Assembly: GCA_038883795.1 (NCBI GenBank)
Contig: JAVZLK010000007.1
Location: 22,111-86,110 of the forward strand
Length of the DNA: 64,000 nt
Direction: 5' to 3'
Source of the DNA: Candidatus Bathyarchaeia archaeon
GTDB lineage: Archaea > Thermoproteota > Bathyarchaeia > Bathyarchaeales > Bathycorpusculaceae
Part shown: positions 59,392-64,000 of the stretch, piece after piece
Numbering within the stretch: the stretch's first letter is position 1
Layout: every line of letters starts with the position of its first letter
Position numbers and translations under genes: made by a program
Notes under the pieces: generated by a model
Told to the model about the DNA's origin: nothing
The model's input: only the letters and a program-made list of their open reading frames with translations
Database searches by the model: none

Positions 59392-60465
59392 GTGGTAATG
59401 TCTGATTTAACACATTATCCAACCGTTCGAAAGGCAATTTTCTATGAAAAATTATCTGGCAACAAGGTTAGATGCAGCCTCTGCGAAAGAAGATGCGAAA
59501 TTCCATCTGATGCTAAAGGGTTTTGCAAGACAAGAGTTAACATTAACGGCGAATTATACACGCTTGTTTACGGCAGCATAAGCGCAATAGAAAGCCGTCC
59601 AATCGAAATTAAACCCTTCTTCCATTATTGGCCAGGCTCCACAGCCCTCACATTTTCTACATGGTCTTGCAATTTAGACTGCGTTTGGTGCCAAAACTTT
59701 CACCTTTCAAAGACGGAACCAAACCCGGCAAAAGCTGTTTATTATCCGCCTGAAGAGATTGTTAAATTAGCCCTTTACAATGGTGATGCAGGCTTATGCG
59801 CAAGCTTTCAAGAACCAACCCTTCTTTCTGAGTGGGCGCTTTCGCTTTTCAAGTTTGGCAAGGAAAGGGGAATAAAATATTGCTGTTACGTTTCGAACGG
59901 TTACATGACTTTAGAAGTGCTTAAGGCACTTTTTGAGGCTGGAATGGATGGACTAAAAATTGATGTGAAAGGCAAAAGCGCGATTTATGCGCAATATTGT
60001 GGAGGCGCCGATGCAGAGAAGGTTTGGAGAAATGCCAGAGAAGCCAAAAATTTTGGTTTGCATGTGGAAATTGTAAATTTGGTTGTTAGAGACGTTAATG
60101 ACGACGATGAAGCCTTAAGGTGGGTTATTGAGAAGCATTTGGAAAATGTTGGACCAGAAACGCCATTACATTTTACACGTTACTTTCCAGCCTACAAGTT
60201 CAATAATCCGCCAACAAAAATTGAAACTTTAGAGCGAGCATATGAAATGGCAAAGAAGGCTGGAGTTCTCTACCCATATATTGGAAATGTTAACGGCCAT
60301 AAGTATGAAAACACTTACTGCCCAAACTGCGGGGAAAAGTTGATTAAAAGGTTTGGACCTCATGTGGTTTCTTATTCGCTTACTCCAGACAAGAAGTGCC
60401 CAAAATGTGGCACGTCCATACCGATAAAAGGCAAATATGTACGGTCTTCTTTCCTTAGCTTATAA
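59392..60465 (+). CDS. AmmeMemoRadiSam-type radical SAM enzyme
   Basis: CSLCERRC, PIEIKPFFH, CNLDCVWCQN, HFTRYFPAY and YIGNV motifs; C-terminal Zn ribbon. Confidence 0.88.
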   Translation: MVMSDLTHYPTVRKAIFYEKLSGNKVRCSLCERRCEIPSDAKGFCKTRVNINGELYTLVYGSISAIESRPIEIKPFFHYWPGSTALTFSTWSCNLDCVWCQNFHLSKTEPNPAKAVYYPPEEIVKLALYNGDAGLCASFQEPTLLSEWALSLFKFGKERGIKYCCYVSNGYMTLEVLKALFEAGMDGLKIDVKGKSAIYAQYCGGADAEKVWRNAREAKNFGLHVEIVNLVVRDVNDDDEALRWVIEKHLENVGPETPLHFTRYFPAYKFNNPPTKIETLERAYEMAKKAGVLYPYIGNVNGHKYENTYCPNCGEKLIKRFGPHVVSYSLTPDKKCPKCGTSIPIKGKYVRSSFLSL

Positions 60466-60466
60466 T

Positions 60467-61699
60467 TTATTTTTCCTTTAAGGTTTCTTTTAAGTTTAGG
60501 TGTAGTATTGCGCCGATTATTCTGCCAACCATCGAAACCATGTAAACAATTTGCAATCCAACAATTAACCCAAAAGCGTCAATCGTGTAGGCGGATAAGT
60601 AGCCTCCAATAAGGGAACCAAAAAAGGAAGTTATGCCCAAAACTAGGTTGAAGACTGCTGTGAAGCTTCCACGATATTCCGGCGGCGAAATGTCCAATAG
60701 ATAAGCTGTTATTCCAGCCTGTCCAAGGGCTGTAATTAATCCCCAGAAGGCACCGATGGCTATTAGGGCGTTTATGTCTGGTGCGAACGCATAGGCCATA
60801 GGCACTGTTATTAGGCTGAATCTGTAAATGATTAAGGCTGGCCTTCTCCCCATAGTGTCTGTGAACCTTCCAGCCCATCCCTGAAAAATTATGGTCAGCA
60901 AAGATTGGACAACAGAGAGTAAGGCTATTTGCAGCATAGAGGCACTCAACACATCTACTTGTGTTCTTGGGATGAGTGGCCAGCAGATAGACATGGAAAA
61001 TTCGAAGAAGCCAACAACAGCGCAGTATTTTACGAAGGTGTGGCTTTTTCCCGCATACTTTAGCATGCTAAAAAAGTCTGAGGCAAATTCCCTTGTTAAG
61101 TTTAGTTTTTCGCCGCTTTTTCTCTCTTTTATGGAAAACATCGGCAAACATGACGTTATGCCGCAAATGGTTGCAATTAATAATGGCAAAAACATGATTT
61201 CTTGGGGAGTCCCTCCAACACTTATCATAAGCCAACCAGAGGCTATGGTGGCTATTAGGCTTCCAGTTGATGCCCAGAGGTTTATGTTGGCGTTTGCCCT
61301 TCCAAGCATTGATGATGGAACCAAATCGCCTATGAGCGCTGTTAGGGCTGGGGTTGCCATAGAACCCAAAACCGCTTGGATGGCAATTAAAATGATGAGT
61401 TGGGTTGCGTTTGCTACAAAAATCATTGGAATCCAAAGCAAAGCCATAGTTAATGTGCCTACGATTATGAAGGGTACTCTGCGCCTTACTTTGTCGCTGA
61501 GTCTTCCCCAAAAAACTTGCATTATATTGTTAGATATATTAGAAGAAGATTGGTACCATCCCATTTCTGCTGATGAGGCGCCAAGTTTTACGGCGTAAGC
61601 CCCCATGAATGGGCTTACCATTCCAGTGCCTAGGGAGTTAACTACCGAACGGATGTAAAGGGGCTTCAAATCTGCTTCTTTCTTGTCGCTGTTTTCCAT
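60467..61699 (-). CDS. MFS transporter
   Basis: WGRLSDKVRRR and GRFTDTMGRR motifs; about 12 TM. Confidence 0.88.
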   Translation of the reverse strand: MENSDKKEADLKPLYIRSVVNSLGTGMVSPFMGAYAVKLGASSAEMGWYQSSSNISNNIMQVFWGRLSDKVRRRVPFIIVGTLTMALLWIPMIFVANATQLIILIAIQAVLGSMATPALTALIGDLVPSSMLGRANANINLWASTGSLIATIASGWLMISVGGTPQEIMFLPLLIATICGITSCLPMFSIKERKSGEKLNLTREFASDFFSMLKYAGKSHTFVKYCAVVGFFEFSMSICWPLIPRTQVDVLSASMLQIALLSVVQSLLTIIFQGWAGRFTDTMGRRPALIIYRFSLITVPMAYAFAPDINALIAIGAFWGLITALGQAGITAYLLDISPPEYRGSFTAVFNLVLGITSFFGSLIGGYLSAYTIDAFGLIVGLQIVYMVSMVGRIIGAILHLNLKETLKEK

Positions 61700-61897
61700 T
61701 TTGTTTTCACATTGTATAGTTTTTGTTAGATTTTCAGTAAAGCCTAAAAGAAGCTTAAAAACTTAATCGGCTTTTTAGCCTAAGATTTGCATGTTGTTTT
61801 TGTTGTTTTTGGAGCGAAAATTATATTTGAGGGTTCTTTTTGTTTTTTCAATCTCGGTTCGAGATTCAGAATTTTGGGCGAAAATGGTTATATTGGC

Positions 61898-62197
61898 TTA
61901 TTTCTTTTTCTTTTTGCGTTTCTTAACAATAGCAACTGTGGATGTTTGGGTTAGTTGTCGAATTCTTGCGTTTGGGAATATGCGTTCGATTTCTTTTCGA
62001 AGTTTTGTTAGGTTCACTTCGCCATAGGTTTTCACGTCTATTACGGGTTTTTCATTTTCGTCATAACTCACAGATACTGTATAACCGGAGCCAACTTCAA
62101 CTTGTGTTGGTTCCAAAACAAAACCAGATTCTTCAGCTTCTAGTTCGATGATGCCTTGGGTTTCATGTTTTTGTTTGCGTTCCGCCATTTCAACCAC
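61898..62197 (-). CDS. Hypothetical protein with acidic N-half and poly-Lys tail
   Basis: 99-aa ORF co-oriented with its neighbours. Confidence 0.6.
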   Translation of the reverse strand: MVEMAERKQKHETQGIIELEAEESGFVLEPTQVEVGSGYTVSVSYDENEKPVIDVKTYGEVNLTKLRKEIERIFPNARIRQLTQTSTVAIVKKRKKKKK

Positions 62198-62235
62198 AAC
62201 ATTATAGGATATAGCATGTGCAAATTAAAGGGTTG

Positions 62236-62805
62236 TTATGTTTCAATATGGATTTGCATTCTGTCCAATAGATAGTTTAGGATGGTTATGCACGAAGAAG
62301 CCAAATAGGGCTTTTTGCCCAAAGAAACCTTTTCGCCATAACGCAAGGCGAAGGCTTCAACCTTTTTGGGTAAACCCACATGATCCCCTAAAACGAAAAT
62401 TGGGTTTGCGCCGATTTCAGTTTCAAATATGTCTTTTCCGCCCTCTTCTAAAACATAAATTTTTGATGTTTCAGCCTTAACCCTTATTAGAGCTTCAAAG
62501 CTGGTTTTTGATAGGCTTACGCCTGGATGCGGCTTGCCAGATAATGCCTTTTTTAAGATTTGTTTCCATGTCTCTTGGTCTGTGCGAACATCGTGAAGAG
62601 TTGCACCATCAATTTTTAATTGCAAAGGCGGGTTTGGCGGACCATTAAGTATGGCGTGGAATATCACGTTTTTGCGGATGGCATGGCTGAGGAAGAGGCT
62701 GGCAACCGCGCATTCGTAAACTATGTCTAAGCGTCCAGCATCATGCAAACTAGTCCAATTCGCGTCTGTTCTACCCAAACGAGAGTATAAAATAAATTCT
62801 CGCAT
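62236..62805 (-). CDS. trmY: tRNA pseudouridine-54 N1-methyltransferase (SPOUT)
   Basis: MREF, GRLDI, SLFLSHAIR, FVLGDHVG and SLG motifs. Confidence 0.85.
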   Translation of the reverse strand: MREFILYSRLGRTDANWTSLHDAGRLDIVYECAVASLFLSHAIRKNVIFHAILNGPPNPPLQLKIDGATLHDVRTDQETWKQILKKALSGKPHPGVSLSKTSFEALIRVKAETSKIYVLEEGGKDIFETEIGANPIFVLGDHVGLPKKVEAFALRYGEKVSLGKKPYLASSCITILNYLLDRMQIHIET

Positions 62806-62871
62806 TGTCTTTTTCCCAATAGTTGATATGTTTTGTTGGAGTTATTGTTTGCTGTGGAAAGGTATATAAGT

Positions 62872-62889
62872 GTTATAGTTGTTATAGTT
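62872..62889 (+). promoter_or_regulatory. Tandem 9-bp repeat just downstream of a TATA-like box; candidate TA operator
   Basis: GTTATAGTT x2 after GGAAAGGTATATAAG; near copy GTTATTGTT at 62841-62849. Confidence 0.45.
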
Positions 62890-62901
62890 TTTGTGATTTT
62901 T

Positions 62902-63171
62902 ATGACGACTATATCTGTTACTGAAGAAGTGAAGCAGAAGCTGCTAAAAATAGCCTCCGAGCTTCAGATTAAGCTTGGGCGGCGGGTGGATTTGGACGAG
63001 GCTCTGCGGTATTTATTAAGCGAGAGGGAGAAGAAGCCATGGCTGCTGGAAAAAGCTTGCAAACCCTTGTCTGGGGGTGAGGAGATGCTTGAGGATTTGT
63101 ATAGGGAGAGGAAGCTTGATGAAAAGCGGCTTGAGCGGAAGATTGGCAGTAGACACAAGCGTTCTAATTGA
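62902..63171 (+). CDS. VapB-type antitoxin (RHH-like)
   Basis: MTTISVTEEVKQKL..LDEALRYLL; overlaps the PIN gene; start set at ATG 62902. Confidence 0.75.
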   Translation: MTTISVTEEVKQKLLKIASELQIKLGRRVDLDEALRYLLSEREKKPWLLEKACKPLSGGEEMLEDLYRERKLDEKRLERKIGSRHKRSN

Positions 63172-63574
63172 GTTGGTTTCTGGAACTCCTCGGGGCACTT
63201 TATTTAAGGATTTATTAAAGAACGGTGTTGTGGAAGCCTTTGTTAGCGAAATAGCTGTTGCAGAATTGCGCTATATTCTTTGCCGAAAACATGGATGGAC
63301 TGTTTCAATGGAGCGAGTGGATGACCTATTAAAGTCTGGATATTTCCATGTGGAAGAAACCTCCTTTCTAATCGAGGATGCTGCTAGGCTGAAATGTGAA
63401 AGGACTCTTTCGCTTGCAGATTGCTTTTGCCTCGCTTTAGCGAGAAGATTCGCCTGCAAAGCCCTTTTTGCAAAGAAAGAAGATGATTTGTTGAGGGAAA
63501 TACACAAAAAACCTTTTGACATTGAAATATTATTCCTAGAAGATTACAAGCAAGAATCGGCGACATCCGAATAA
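63119..63574 (+). CDS. vapC: PIN-domain VapC toxin
   Basis: AVDTSVLIE, IAVAEL and LSLADCFCLALA motifs. Confidence 0.85.
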   Translation: MKSGLSGRLAVDTSVLIELVSGTPRGTLFKDLLKNGVVEAFVSEIAVAELRYILCRKHGWTVSMERVDDLLKSGYFHVEETSFLIEDAARLKCERTLSLADCFCLALARRFACKALFAKKEDDLLREIHKKPFDIEILFLEDYKQESATSE

Positions 63575-63835
63575 TATACGCAAATCCTCTGGAACCAAAA
63601 AAGAATTCATATACTAATCATCGCACTAAGAGAAAGAGCCCACTAAACCCAAAGAGAAGAATTCTAAAAATCTATAGAGGGAGGTCTGCTATTGGCTTTT
63701 CCCGCAACCAAAAACCTATAGAGGGTATCCAATTTAACAACGCAACAAGCCATAAAATTGACGCGACAACTACACCAATAAGACTTCTGAAACCACCTTT
63801 AAATTTCGCAAAACCAACATTTCTTACCAACAAAA

Positions 63836-63909
63836 AGCCTCGGGCGGGCATCGATCCCGCGACCTACGGCTTACAAGGCCGTTGCTCTACCAGGCTGAGC
63901 TACCGAGGC
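63836..63909 (-). tRNA. tRNA-Thr(TGT) with atypical T loop ATCGATG
   Basis: Cloverleaf; anticodon arm ACGGC-CTTGTAA-GCCGT; T arm GCGGG-ATCGATG-CCCGC. Confidence 0.9.
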
Positions 63910-64000
63910 ACGCATGCGCAATACGCATATCGCAACAACAAAAATAAAAATATTCCCAACACCAAAAACCCTTATAACGTACATACGCAATACTTATATC

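Noticed and set aside
60891-61598. 235-aa plus-strand ORF and the many other antisense or alternate-frame ORFs in the track
   Set aside because: They lie wholly within well-supported genes and show no recognisable motifs; treated as shadow ORFs.
57883-63909. Two similar tRNA-Thr genes as attL/attR of a 6-kb integrated element
   Set aside because: Both are complete tRNAs with different anticodons and different T arms; the intervening genes are mostly housekeeping and there is no integrase.
1-64000. CRISPR array, IS element, rRNA or intein
   Set aside because: By eye I found no regularly spaced repeats, transposase or integrase ORFs, rRNA-like segments or intein splice motifs.

Overview
This is an archaeal chromosomal window, most likely Bathyarchaeia or a related TACK lineage (inferred from gene content). 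It has about 60 densely packed CDSs, five tRNAs and no transposase or CRISPR array. Main blocks: (i) H4MPT/methanofuran C1 genes (fwdDBAC-mch, a RimK/MptN-like ligase, mobB) plus a separate polyferredoxin-HdrA/MvhD operon; (ii) a four-gene Cdv/ESCRT-III cell-division operon; (iii) DNA repair and RNA modification genes (lhr, nucS, nreA, mpg, cbf5, trmY); (iv) many transporters; (v) a VapBC-type pair next to tRNA-Thr. Signals the ORF track misses: a 19-nt bulge-helix-bulge mRNA intron splitting the catalytic Asp codon of cbf5; a winged-helix cdvB whose full ESCRT-III core can apparently start only at a non-canonical ATT codon; a box C/D guide sRNA; a 45-aa zinc-finger microprotein upstream of an Sm-like gene; a PNGase-like transglutaminase; and a tRNA-Thr with A54 beside trmY. 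Three other split genes look like small indels (possibly assembly errors), not introns. All functional calls come from motif recognition by eye; no database search was run.
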